From contig JAFWDK010000015.1 in the NCBI GenBank assembly GCA_017513085.1, positions 142,951 to 206,950 on the forward strand: a stretch of 64,000 bases of DNA, in the 5' to 3' direction. The translations under genes were made by a program, and so were the position numbers. Positions 21,568 to 31,277 of the stretch are shown here, in pieces. This stretch comes from Clostridiales bacterium. GTDB taxonomy: Bacteria; Bacillota; Clostridia; Saccharofermentanales; Saccharofermentanaceae. The notes beneath the pieces are model-generated. The model was not told the origin of the DNA. It was given only the letters and a program-made list of their open reading frames with translations, and did not search any database. Within the stretch, counting starts at the first letter, position 1, and every line of letters starts with the position of its first letter.

Positions 21568-23100
21568 ATGAAATTGGAAATCATGGATACCACCCTCAGA
21601 GATGGCGAACAGACCCCGGGAGTATCATTCTCCCCGAGCGAAAAACTCAGCATAGCAAAGATATTGCTTGATGAGGTTAAGGTCGACCGCGTCGAAGTTA
21701 CCTCTGCACGTATATCCGACGGCGATTTTGAAGCGCTTTGCAAGATCACAGAATGGGCAAAAGAGAAGGGTTACCTGGATAGTATTGAAGTATTGGCTTT
21801 TGTTGACCGTGGTCATTCTCTTTCCTGGATCGAGAATGCCGGCGGGCATGTCGTCAATCTTCTCTGCAAGAGCTCTCTGCATCATCTTTCGGCTCAGCTT
21901 GGAAAGACGCCTCAAGAGCATGTAGGCGAGATCCGTCGGGTGATTGAAGATGCTAATTCACGTGGCATGCGCATCAATGTTTATCTGGAAGACTGGTCGA
22001 ATGGGATCCAGAAGGATCCGGAATATGTTAAGATGCTCGTCTCAGAACTGTCAGTCCTTCCTGTCGAGCGCTTCATGCTGGCAGATACTCTCGGAGTTCT
22101 GACACCGGATATGACGTATGAATATGTATCGAAGATGACAGAGCTTTTTCCGGAAGTGCACTTCGACTTCCATGCCCATAACGATTACGACATGTCGGTA
22201 GGAAATACGATCATGGCGGTAAAAGCAGGTGCTAAGGGCGTTCACGTTACAGTTAACGGACTTGGTGAGCGTGCAGGAAATGCCCCGTTGGCCTCAATCG
22301 TCGGTGCAGTGGCGGACTTTTGTGAGGACCGTGAGACCGGTATCGAAGAGGCTGCTTTGAATCATGTAAGTAAGCTGGTCGAGAGTTTTTCGGGAATGAG
22401 GATCCCGAAGAATCAGCCGATCACGGGTGCCAGTGTTTTTACGCAGACCTGTGGTGTACATGCAGATGGTGATACGAAGGATTCTTTATACTGCAATAAG
22501 CTGGCGCCGGAGAGATTCGGACGCATGCGCCGGTATGCACTCGGAAAGTCCAGCGGTCGGGCCAGTATTGCGAAAAACCTTGAGGAATTCGGTTTGGATC
22601 TGGATAAAGAATCCTTGAAAAAAGTTACAGCCAGGATCGTCGAGATGGGTGACAACAAGGAGAGTGTATTGACGGATGAACTGCCGTATATCGTGGCCGA
22701 TGTGCTGGGCAAGGGCAATGGGGAATCCAATGTTAAGATCTTGAATTACTATGTCTGCCATGCCCGGGATCTGAAACCTGTTGCGACGATGAGGATCCAG
22801 ATCGACGATAAAGTCCATGAGGCGAGTGCATCCGGTGATGGTCAGTTTGACGCCTTCATGCGCGCTTTGCAGAAGATCTATCAACAATTCGGAAGAACGC
22901 TTCCTTTCTTCGCCGACTATACGGTAACGATTCCACCGGGAGGCCGCACGAATGCTTTTGTCGAGAGTGTTATCACCTGGCGGGACGGCGATCATGAGTT
23001 TAAGACACGAGGCCTCGACCGAGATCAGGTCGCGGCTGCGATCAAGGCGACTGCCAAGATGCTGAATATCATTTACGAGCAGGAGCAGTTGAACGAGTGA
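21568..23100 (+). CDS. cimA: Citramalate synthase (DRE-TIM LeuA/CimA family, Leptospira/Bacteroidota type)
   Basis: DTTLRDGEQ, VDRVEVTSAR, YLEDWSNG, FHAHNDY, GLGERAGN and C-terminal regulatory domain; YLEDWSNG recalled from Leptospira-type CimA. Confidence 0.8.
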   Translation: MKLEIMDTTLRDGEQTPGVSFSPSEKLSIAKILLDEVKVDRVEVTSARISDGDFEALCKITEWAKEKGYLDSIEVLAFVDRGHSLSWIENAGGHVVNLLCKSSLHHLSAQLGKTPQEHVGEIRRVIEDANSRGMRINVYLEDWSNGIQKDPEYVKMLVSELSVLPVERFMLADTLGVLTPDMTYEYVSKMTELFPEVHFDFHAHNDYDMSVGNTIMAVKAGAKGVHVTVNGLGERAGNAPLASIVGAVADFCEDRETGIEEAALNHVSKLVESFSGMRIPKNQPITGASVFTQTCGVHADGDTKDSLYCNKLAPERFGRMRRYALGKSSGRASIAKNLEEFGLDLDKESLKKVTARIVEMGDNKESVLTDELPYIVADVLGKGNGESNVKILNYYVCHARDLKPVATMRIQIDDKVHEASASGDGQFDAFMRALQKIYQQFGRTLPFFADYTVTIPPGGRTNAFVESVITWRDGDHEFKTRGLDRDQVAAAIKATAKMLNIIYEQEQLNE

Positions 23101-23104
23101 GGAG

Positions 23105-23146
23105 AAAAAAAGTCGAATACCTGATTTCAGGAGATTCGACTTTTTT
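23105..23146. terminator. Bidirectional intrinsic terminator between cimA and the serpin gene
   Basis: A-tract, GTCGAATACCTGA/TCAGGAGATTCGAC stem, T-tract. Confidence 0.8.
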
Positions 23147-23246
23147 ATTTTGTCAGAAGAAAGTCGCAAACGCGAAAACGTCCAATGTCGACTTCCCCTT
23201 TTACCCACCTTCACGAATTCCGCCACGAATTCCGCAAGGAGCAAAT

Positions 23247-24695
23247 TCAAGCAACGGGCTGGTTGACGATACCGATAAACAGCGGTACTCCGGTGGGGCT
23301 GACGATCTCAAAGATAAATGGACGGTCAAAGACGAGTTCGATCCGATCGTCCGGCGGCATAGCGGCACCCGCGAGCATCATTGCGGTAACGGCTGCGGCT
23401 TTACATCCCTCTTCATCGATCGTGACGCGTACGTTCTGAATGGCCTGAGAAATACAGAGATCGTTTTGCCCTGTTCCAAGAGTGGAAAAGTCAGCGCTAG
23501 AAGAATCGAAGATATCCGTGATACCCATCGATTTCAGTTTTCCGTTCAGATCCAGCGAGTTCGATATATCGAACTTCGGAAGAGAAAGCGTGACGAGCAT
23601 GTCCTTTTTTGCGACATTGTTTTTGTTAAGCATAAAACCGAGACATTCTTCGTCAGACAGAAGTGCTTCCGGTGAGATTCCTTCATTGGGAAGGATCAGC
23701 CGCATATAACCGTTTCCATTCGTATCGAGAGAAATGGAGTCGAAGGATTCACCACGGTAGAACATGGTGTGATTTTCGGCTTTCATGAAATCACAGGTCA
23801 GATCCTTGTCCGGTGCGTGGAAAGTGCCGGATTTGGTAGCCTGTTCATTAAACGGTAAGTCCCATTTTGCGGAATAATTCACCGTGGACACCAGAGCCAG
23901 AACGGTCTGCGGATCCAGCTTCAGATCCTGTACAAAATCGGAAAGAAGACCATCGGTCTGTTCGTTGATCCAGGAGCGGTACATTTCATTGTATTTTTCG
24001 GATGCCGGATCACCGGTGAACGCGGAAGCGTAGTAATAGGCGGCCAGGTTTTCCAGAACCTTGGAATCGTACTTGCATTTGTTGTTCGTCCAAAGTGAAT
24101 CGGCGAGGATACAGGTGGCCATCCCATCATTCGCATACGTCACCTCAAAAAGCGACTTGCTGTGGTTTCGGAGGGAATCTATGTCCTTTTCGTGGAGAAC
24201 GTTCAGGATCTGTTGACGGCTCTGTCCACCAGAGATCTCTGCGGTCATTCCCAGAGCCAGATAGAGGCTGAGAGGAGAGAACACAAAGTTTTCCTTACTG
24301 TCCGGTTCCGACATGGCGCTGACGACTTCTTTGAAGTATTCAAAATAGGCTGTCTGGTAGCCGGTCGGCTGTTGTAAAAGCACTTCACGGGTTTCGTGCC
24401 AGAGCTTGTACTGTTTGTCAAATTCAGAGAAGGACAAAGCTTTTTCGTCCGGATACTCGGCCATTTCCGGATAGTTCGGAGCGGCCAGGACCTTCGCGGT
24501 AGCATGGCTTTCTCCGATGAGATTGCTGACGAATTTCGGAGGGAAAAGCGCCAGAAGCAGTACTGCTGCGGCGACGACGACGGCCACAGAAGAGATGAAG
24601 AGGACCTTGTGGCTCTTTTTACGGGGAGACAGATTGGGGATCAGTTTTTCGTCGATCTTTCCGATGGCATCTAATAATTCTTCGTTCTTTTTCAT
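23247..24695 (-). CDS. Membrane-anchored serpin with anti-sigma-like N-terminus
   Basis: NFVFSPLSLYLALGM, WINEQTDGLL, NYSAKW, LPKFDI, DEEGCKAAAVT hinge, FDRPFIF...LFIG; N-terminal ELLDAIGKIDEKLI then one TM. Confidence 0.88.
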   Translation of the reverse strand: MKKNEELLDAIGKIDEKLIPNLSPRKKSHKVLFISSVAVVVAAAVLLLALFPPKFVSNLIGESHATAKVLAAPNYPEMAEYPDEKALSFSEFDKQYKLWHETREVLLQQPTGYQTAYFEYFKEVVSAMSEPDSKENFVFSPLSLYLALGMTAEISGGQSRQQILNVLHEKDIDSLRNHSKSLFEVTYANDGMATCILADSLWTNNKCKYDSKVLENLAAYYYASAFTGDPASEKYNEMYRSWINEQTDGLLSDFVQDLKLDPQTVLALVSTVNYSAKWDLPFNEQATKSGTFHAPDKDLTCDFMKAENHTMFYRGESFDSISLDTNGNGYMRLILPNEGISPEALLSDEECLGFMLNKNNVAKKDMLVTLSLPKFDISNSLDLNGKLKSMGITDIFDSSSADFSTLGTGQNDLCISQAIQNVRVTIDEEGCKAAAVTAMMLAGAAMPPDDRIELVFDRPFIFEIVSPTGVPLFIGIVNQPVA

Positions 24696-24696
24696 G

Positions 24697-25245
24697 TTAT
24701 ACACCTTCTTTTTCCAGTAGATCTTTCAGCTTCTTTCGGATCCGCACAAGCTTCATCTTGATGGCGGCTTCGGAGATCTTGTATCTTTCTGCGATCTCTT
24801 CGATGGAAAGAAAATACCAGTAACGGTAGAGAAAGATGTCTTTGTCTTTTGTGTTCAGGCTTCGAAGAAAACTCTCGATCAGATCCTTCAGGATCACCTG
24901 TTCTTCGATGGCACTGTCTTCTTTTCCGATGCATTCACCCAGTTCATCCAGGCAAAGTGCGGTCTGGCTGCCCTGATATTTCTGTGCATGATCCTTGCGG
25001 TACCGGTTCAACGCAAGGTTTCGGGTGATCGTGCCAAGGAAGACCGAGAGGCGGGAAGGGCGGGCAGGTGGTATGGCATTCCAGGCCCGGAACCATGTGT
25101 CATTGACACACTCTTCCGAGTCTTCGCGGCATTGAAGGATATTCTGCGCGATGGTAGAACAGTATGCACCGTATTTTTCCGAGCATGCCGTTATGGCAGA
25201 ATCGTCCCTTGCAAAGTAAAGATCCAGGATCTTTTCGTCTTCCAT
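24697..25245 (-). CDS. ECF RNA polymerase sigma-70 factor
   Basis: MEDEKILDLYFARD...EDSEECVNDTWFRAW...ITRNLALN...EIAERY...KMKLVRIRKKL; start reassigned to 25245. Confidence 0.92.
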   Translation of the reverse strand: MEDEKILDLYFARDDSAITACSEKYGAYCSTIAQNILQCREDSEECVNDTWFRAWNAIPPARPSRLSVFLGTITRNLALNRYRKDHAQKYQGSQTALCLDELGECIGKEDSAIEEQVILKDLIESFLRSLNTKDKDIFLYRYWYFLSIEEIAERYKISEAAIKMKLVRIRKKLKDLLEKEGV

Positions 25246-25277
25246 TTTCCACCCTCGCTTTCGTTCTCTCACTATTA

Positions 25278-25306
25278 TAGACAAGATAGCGATGTAAAAA
25301 GTAACA
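25278..25306 (-). promoter_or_regulatory. Putative ECF autoregulatory promoter TGTTAC-N17-TGTCTA
   Basis: Same spacing and near-identical boxes as 3909-3937. Confidence 0.55.
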
Positions 25307-25388
25307 CGATTTTCGGAAAAATCAGAAAAACAAGATTGCAAATCTTTTGATCCATACTATAATAATCATGCGCGGAGATTCCGCCGCC

Positions 25389-25426
25389 AAGCAGTTCGGG
25401 TCCGATATCCTGCTTGTAAAACCTAA
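25389..25426 (+). ncRNA. preQ1-I-like riboswitch candidate
   Basis: P1 AAGCAG/CTGCTT, loop starting TTC and ending in C, A-rich tail, ACCT able to pair with loop GGGT (H-type pseudoknot); lies between a TTGCAA-N16-TATAAT promoter and a VUT transporter RBS. Confidence 0.6.
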
Positions 25427-25444
25427 AACCAAAGGAGCAATTAT

Positions 25445-26197
25445 ATGCAAACGATTCGTCGTATTCGAGAGGATTATCGTACTCTCTTACGTAGCGTACC
25501 ATCCATGGTGACGGTAGCTTTCATACTTTCCGTAGTCTTCATGAACCTCATGGCCAGTAAAGAATTATACCGGTCGGAATATTTCTGTCTCAATTGCGGT
25601 CTGGCTTTGTCCTGGATCTCTTTCTTGTGCATGGACTGCATCTGCAAGCGATTCGGTCCGAAAGCCGCCACCAAGATCTCTATTTTGGCTATCGGCGTAA
25701 ACGTGATCTGCGTAGTTATCCTGAAGCTTTTCAGCATGGCTCCGGGAAACTGGGCGGCTTATTACTCGGCTCCGGATGCAGCAACAGGCGCGCTGGTCTC
25801 TTCCGGTGTGGACAGCACTTTCGGCGGTGCATGGTATGTTGTAGTCGGTTCCGCAGTAGCGATGTTTCTCTCCACTCTGGTGAATTCTTCTCTGAATCAC
25901 TTCATCGGCAAAAAGACCGACAATGGTCATTACAGCGGATTTGCCAAGCGGTCTCTGATCTCGACGGGTATCGCCCAGTGGGTCGATAATTTCGTATTTT
26001 CCGCGATGGTATCGCACGTATTCTTCGGTTGGAACTGGACACAGGTCCTGATCTGCTCCACGACATCCATGGCTGTCGAGCTGATTTTGGAAGCTGTTTT
26101 TTCACCTGTCGGATACCGTGTGTCCACGCGTTGGGAGAAAGAAAAGATCGGACAGGAATATATCAACCGTATGGAAAAGCTCGCCGCACAGGCATAA
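25445..26197 (+). CDS. VUT-family (YhhQ-like) queuosine precursor transporter
   Basis: Multi-TM; MNLMASK, DCICKRFG, RSLISTGIAQWVDNFVF motifs; AAGGAG RBS. Confidence 0.8.
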   Translation: MQTIRRIREDYRTLLRSVPSMVTVAFILSVVFMNLMASKELYRSEYFCLNCGLALSWISFLCMDCICKRFGPKAATKISILAIGVNVICVVILKLFSMAPGNWAAYYSAPDAATGALVSSGVDSTFGGAWYVVVGSAVAMFLSTLVNSSLNHFIGKKTDNGHYSGFAKRSLISTGIAQWVDNFVFSAMVSHVFFGWNWTQVLICSTTSMAVELILEAVFSPVGYRVSTRWEKEKIGQEYINRMEKLAAQA

Positions 26198-26221
26198 GAG
26201 ACGCACAGAGGTCACGATCCT

Positions 26222-27688
26222 ATGGAACTAGAGAAACTATCCGGATTGGCCCTTGGGAACGAGGTGCGAAGCGGCCACATCACCCCGACAGAAGTCATCG
26301 ATTATTTCGAAGACCGGAACGTAAAAAGAGATCCGAGTCTTCATGCGTTTACCTATACACGCTTTGACGAAGCCCGTTCCGAGGCAAAAGCACTGGAGAT
26401 GCGGCTTGCCGGAGGAGAAGAGGTGGGTCCGCTTTGTGGTGTGCCTGTGGGACTTAAGGATTTCCTTCCTTCGAAGAAAGGCTGGACCAATTCCCATGGT
26501 GGCGTCCGTTCTTTGATCCGCGAAGACGAAGCCGATTCCATGTTCTATATCGCGGCAAAGGAAGCAGGTGCGATTGCGGTCGGAAAGACGAATGCACCGG
26601 CATTTGCGTTCCGCGGAACCTGTGACAATAAGATGTATGGTCCGACGAGCAATCCTTTCGATACACGTTATAATTCCGGAGGATCTTCCGGTGGGTCTGC
26701 AGCGGCGGTTGCTGACGGAATGCTTCCTATCTCGGAAGGTTCCGATGGTGGCGGTTCGATCCGTATCCCGTCGGCCTGGTGCGGTTGCTTCGGCTTTAAG
26801 GCATCTGTGGGCACGATCCCCAGTATCTGCAGACCGGACGGATGGACCGCGACGCATCCTTATTGCTTCAACGGTGCAATTACGAGAACGGTTGAAGACA
26901 GCGCGCTCATGCTCAACTACATGGCGCGGTATAACCCGAGAGATCCGCTGAGTCTGAATCACGGAAAGAAGGACTTTACCGAACTCATGCGCAAACCGAT
27001 CCGCGATTGGAAGATTGCTTTTACGACAGATTTCGACGTGTTTACGGTTGACGCTGAAGTGGCCCGGATCGTTCGGGAAGCAGCATGGAAGATGGAGCTT
27101 GCCGGCGCGAAAGTGGAAGAAGTGCACTTTCATTTCAAGCATAGCCAGATGGAGTTTTCCGAACTCTGGTGCAGAAGCATCAGCATCGATACCGCGATCG
27201 ATATGGAGCTCTGGAAGAAGGACGGGCTGGATCTGGTACGCGACCACAGAGACGAGATCCCTGAGGAATTCATCTACTGGAATGAAGTGGCGCTTCGTTC
27301 TTCGGTCATGGATTATCGTTATTTCAATGAACTGCGCACCGAGATCCTCGATGCCCAGCAGGACATCTTCGATCACTACGATCTGATCCTTTCGCCGGTC
27401 ACGATCTGCCCTCCGGTCCTAAATGCTACAGATGGCAATACAAAAGGACCGACGGAAATGAACGGACGAAAGATCGAGCCGTTGATCGGTTTCTGCGAGA
27501 CGTTCTTCGAAAACTTTACGGGCAATCCTGCCGCTTCGGTACCTGCCGGGCTGACATCGGCGGGCCTTCCTGTGGGATTGCAGATCATCGGAAAGAAATT
27601 CCGGGATGAAGACGTACTGGCGGCGGCAAAGACCTTTGAAGAGATCTGTCCGTGGAGTTACGACATTCCGTATGCGAGAAAAATATAA
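26222..27688 (+). CDS. Amidase signature family protein
   Basis: [35 protein letters not shown] (Ser-cisSer-Lys triad), GLPVGLQI. Confidence 0.9.
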   Translation: MELEKLSGLALGNEVRSGHITPTEVIDYFEDRNVKRDPSLHAFTYTRFDEARSEAKALEMRLAGGEEVGPLCGVPVGLKDFLPSKKGWTNSHGGVRSLIREDEADSMFYIAAKEAGAIAVGKTNAPAFAFRGTCDNKMYGPTSNPFDTRYNSGGSSGGSAAAVADGMLPISEGSDGGGSIRIPSAWCGCFGFKASVGTIPSICRPDGWTATHPYCFNGAITRTVEDSALMLNYMARYNPRDPLSLNHGKKDFTELMRKPIRDWKIAFTTDFDVFTVDAEVARIVREAAWKMELAGAKVEEVHFHFKHSQMEFSELWCRSISIDTAIDMELWKKDGLDLVRDHRDEIPEEFIYWNEVALRSSVMDYRYFNELRTEILDAQQDIFDHYDLILSPVTICPPVLNATDGNTKGPTEMNGRKIEPLIGFCETFFENFTGNPAASVPAGLTSAGLPVGLQIIGKKFRDEDVLAAAKTFEEICPWSYDIPYARKI

Positions 27689-27704
27689 GAATGACAGAAT
27701 AAAG

Positions 27705-27732
27705 AAAAAGCACCTGCCAGAAGGTGCTTTTT
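27705..27732. terminator. Bidirectional terminator between amidase and fabF
   Basis: AAAAAGCACCT-GCCAGA-AGGTGCTTTTT. Confidence 0.8.
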
Positions 27733-27761
27733 ACTATATGAAGATTTGTCCCTCCGGGTTT

Positions 27762-28991
27762 TCAGACTGCTGCGAAAAGCAAGGAGGCGTTATGCCCGCC
27801 AAACCCTAAAGAATTACTCATAGCATAGCGGACCGGACGGATCTTTCCTTGACGGAAAGTATAGTCCAGATCCAGTTCCTCTTCACATGCGCTGGAATTG
27901 CGGGTCACGTGAACGAAACCGTTGTTGATCGTGCAGACGCAAACGATCGATTCGATCGCGCCGGCCCCGCCTAACAGATGTCCGGTCATGGATTTGGTGG
28001 AATTGATAGAAATCTTTTCAGCGGAATCTCCCATGGCGAACTTGATGGCGCGGGTCTCATACAGATCATTCAGATGAGTCGATGTTCCGTGGGCGTTGAT
28101 GTAGTCGATATCCGATGGAAGGACAGATGCCTGCTTCATGGCGATCTTCATGGCCATACCTGCTCCACTTCCATCCGGAGCCGGGGAAGTGATGTGGTAG
28201 GCGTCGTTGGTCACGCCGTATCCGACGATCTCTGCCAGGATCTTCGCATCTCTACGTCTTGCATGCTCGTATTCCTCAAGCACCAGAATACCGGCGCCTT
28301 CTCCTAGTACAAAACCATCCCGGTCCTTGTCAAAAGGACGTGAAGCCAGATTCGGATCAGAACAGGTGGAGAGTGCTTTTAGAGCAGAAAAACCGTTGAT
28401 TGCGGATGTTGTAATAGCGGCTTCGGTTCCGCCGGCAACGATCAGGTCTGCTTCGTCCAGACGGATGGCGTTATAGGCCTCGCCGATGCAATGACTTCCG
28501 GTCGCGCAGGCAGTGGATATATCCATGTTCTTGCCTTTAAGGCCGAACTGAATGGCAATATTAGCGGAGGCCATATTGGTAATTACCAAGGGAATGTAAA
28601 GGGGGTCGGTTTTGGCTCCGCTAAGGAACTTCGGAATCTCTTTCTCGTGTTTTTGCATGGCGCCGATGCCACAGCCGACAATAACGCCCATGCGATAGGG
28701 ATCCTCACGGGAAAGATCCAGACCGGAGTTTTGAAATGCTTCTCTTGTTGCAGCGACAGCATACTGGGAGAAAAGCTCCATACGCTTGGCGGACTTAAAA
28801 TCCATGAAATCGCGGGCATCGAATCCACGAACTTCGCCTGCCAGCTTGATGGGGGATTCCGAGACGTCAACCTTCGTTATGGGGCCGATTCCGTTGGTGC
28901 CGTCTTTCAAGCCCTGCCAGAAAGCGGGCACATTATTGCCAAGCGGAGTGACCGCACCCATACCAGTTATAACTACTCGTCTCGTTTCCAT
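27762..28991 (-). CDS. fabF: Beta-ketoacyl-ACP synthase II
   Basis: RRVVITGMG, TACATG, YINAHGTST, KSMTGHLLG, NSLGFGGHN. Confidence 0.93.
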   Translation of the reverse strand: METRRVVITGMGAVTPLGNNVPAFWQGLKDGTNGIGPITKVDVSESPIKLAGEVRGFDARDFMDFKSAKRMELFSQYAVAATREAFQNSGLDLSREDPYRMGVIVGCGIGAMQKHEKEIPKFLSGAKTDPLYIPLVITNMASANIAIQFGLKGKNMDISTACATGSHCIGEAYNAIRLDEADLIVAGGTEAAITTSAINGFSALKALSTCSDPNLASRPFDKDRDGFVLGEGAGILVLEEYEHARRRDAKILAEIVGYGVTNDAYHITSPAPDGSGAGMAMKIAMKQASVLPSDIDYINAHGTSTHLNDLYETRAIKFAMGDSAEKISINSTKSMTGHLLGGAGAIESIVCVCTINNGFVHVTRNSSACEEELDLDYTFRQGKIRPVRYAMSNSLGFGGHNASLLFAAV

Positions 28992-29239
28992 TTCTGCTTT
29001 CTCCTATCCTTGCCATTACTTCGCAACAAATCTCTGAAGCATGATTTCGAATAAAGTTTAATCAATCGGTGCTTAAACAGGAACGGGCAACTTCCTCAAA
29101 GTATTCAAATTTGGGGAAAAATGAAAAAGCATGAAAAATAGGATAAAAATATACTTTTGCGCAAATTCTGAAATGCCGGAGGAAGGAACGGGAAAGTGTG
29201 GTATCATGCTTTCTAGGAGAAAGAACGGAGGAAGAAACA

Positions 29240-29782
29240 ATGGCGTTGTTGACGAAGGGTGCGATCATGCACGCTTTTGAAGAAATGCTCGAGGAGATGG
29301 CTTTCGATAAGATCACGGTCTCTGCACTTGTGAAGAGGAGCGGCATCAGTCCGAATACTTTCTACTATCACTATTGCGACAAATATGCACTGCTGAACGA
29401 GTGGTTCGGCATGAAGCTTCGTGACATCCGAAAAGATGACGACGACTACGCCGGCTGGCAGAAACGCATCAAGTACTTTTTCCGCATGTGCCACGACAAT
29501 CCGAGGCTGATCCACCACATCGTGGACTCGCTTTCACGTGAGCAATTAGAGCACTATATCTTCGAGATCACCGATAAAGTATTTATCAGCTATGTCCGCA
29601 AGAAAGCCGCGGGCAAAGACGTGTCGGAGAGCAAGGTCCGCGAGATCGCACGCTTCTATACATATGCTTTTATCGGGTTCTTCCTGGAATATATCTGGGA
29701 TGAGATGGAAGACGATGTAGATGCGAAAGTCGACCACTTAAGTGAGATGTTCGACCGCTTTATCGAGAGCGCGATCCGTTAA
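29240..29782 (+). CDS. TetR/AcrR-family transcriptional regulator
   Basis: FDKITVSALVKRSGISPNTFYYHY HTH; GGAGG RBS before ATG 29240. Confidence 0.88.
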   Translation: MALLTKGAIMHAFEEMLEEMAFDKITVSALVKRSGISPNTFYYHYCDKYALLNEWFGMKLRDIRKDDDDYAGWQKRIKYFFRMCHDNPRLIHHIVDSLSREQLEHYIFEITDKVFISYVRKKAAGKDVSESKVREIARFYTYAFIGFFLEYIWDEMEDDVDAKVDHLSEMFDRFIESAIR

Positions 29783-29847
29783 ATATTTATCATGTAACAA
29801 AAACATTTTCTCATGCGCCTTTAATGCAGGAATGCTGAATCGGCTCT

Positions 29848-31263
29848 TTATGCGCGCTTCATCTTCCGCCAGATCACAAAATACATGGTCGTAAAACAGA
29901 TGCTGGCGCCGGTGAACTGACTGATGCATTCGGCCCAGAACACGCCGTCTACACCAAGCCCGATGCCGGGCAGAAGCAGCGTCAAAGGTGTGACCAGAAG
30001 GATCTTTCTCAGCATGGAGAAAAATAGTGCATGCTTCGGATAATTCAGGGCGACGAATGTGGTCTGTCCGCTCATCTGCAATGCCATGAACGGGAAGGCG
30101 AGGAAGTAGATCCTGGCACAGTGGATCGTTAGGCCGATCAGTTCGGGATCGTCCGTAAAGATGCGGATGATCGGTCCGGGAACCAGAAGGATCGATGCCC
30201 ACATCAGAGTATTTACGGTAAGGCCGCTGAAGAAGATGAAACGGATGCATTCCGAGACACGGCGACGTTCTTTGGCGCCGTAGTTGTAGCTCATGACATT
30301 CTGGCCTGCGCCGGTAATCCCGCTGAGAGGAAGGCTCATGATCTCACGGACGGAATTGTTAAGGCTCATGGCGCCTACGTACAGCGTGCTCAGCGTACCA
30401 CCCCAGCTTTTCAGCATGATGTTTACGATGGCTTGCGTCACACTGGTGGTGACTTTGAACGTGAAGCCGGTTGCGCCGAGCTTGATGAGACCGCCGATCT
30501 GTTTTTTGTCGATCAGGAGTCTGGTGAGTCGTAGCGGTGGCCGTTTACTCCGAAGAAAAAGCACTACCCACAGGGCGCTTACGCTCTGGGAAAGGATCGT
30601 GGCCAGTGCCGCGCCATGGATCCCCATTCCGAAAGCAAAGATAAAGAGAGGATCGAGCGCGATGTTCATGACGGCGCCGATGATGACGGTCATCATGCCG
30701 ATCTTCGGGAAGCCTTGCGCGTTGATAAAAGGATTCATACCGAGGCTGATAAGGACCGGGATGGTACCGATCACATAGATACGGAAATAGCCGACGGCGT
30801 AGGGCAGCGAGAACTCGTCTCCGCCGAGAAGTTCCAAAAGCCAGGGCGCTGCGATAAAAAGCAATATGGTAAGAGTTGCGCCGATCAGAAGAAGAAGAGT
30901 AAACGAAGTACTCAGCATGCGCTGTGCTTTGGCATCGTCTTTTTCGCCACGTGCAATGGTGGCCAGGGTGGATCCGCCGGTGCTGCATAAGTTGGCAAAA
31001 GCACCGATCAAAGTGATCAGGGGAAAGCATACTCCGAGGCCTGTGATGGCGTACGTACTGCTGTCTCCCATATGTCCGATGTAGGCGCGGTCAACGATGT
31101 TATAGAGAACCACGACCAGCTCGGCCAGCATGATCGGAAGCCCGAGTTTCAGAATGAGAAACGATATTTTTCCTTTTGAAAAATCACCTTTTGCGGAAGA
31201 GACTTGGACAGAAGGAGTTGTATCTGTTTTCGGGTCAGTTTCTTTTCGCATCATCTTCTCCAT
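29848..31263 (-). CDS. MATE-family efflux transporter
   Basis: LYNIVDRAYIG, NIALDPLFIF, GAALAT; about 12 TM. Confidence 0.9.
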   Translation of the reverse strand: MEKMMRKETDPKTDTTPSVQVSSAKGDFSKGKISFLILKLGLPIMLAELVVVLYNIVDRAYIGHMGDSSTYAITGLGVCFPLITLIGAFANLCSTGGSTLATIARGEKDDAKAQRMLSTSFTLLLLIGATLTILLFIAAPWLLELLGGDEFSLPYAVGYFRIYVIGTIPVLISLGMNPFINAQGFPKIGMMTVIIGAVMNIALDPLFIFAFGMGIHGAALATILSQSVSALWVVLFLRSKRPPLRLTRLLIDKKQIGGLIKLGATGFTFKVTTSVTQAIVNIMLKSWGGTLSTLYVGAMSLNNSVREIMSLPLSGITGAGQNVMSYNYGAKERRRVSECIRFIFFSGLTVNTLMWASILLVPGPIIRIFTDDPELIGLTIHCARIYFLAFPFMALQMSGQTTFVALNYPKHALFFSMLRKILLVTPLTLLLPGIGLGVDGVFWAECISQFTGASICFTTMYFVIWRKMKRA

Positions 31264-31277
31264 ATAGTGACGTTAGT

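Noticed and set aside
23097-23675. 192-aa plus-strand ORF after cimA
   Set aside because: Runs through the terminator and antisense to the serpin gene; no motifs
26222-27688. Amidase as a second gatA
   Set aside because: Lacks GatA-specific motifs (MDEF, SSNLxRYDG); a true gatCAB is at 32606-35835
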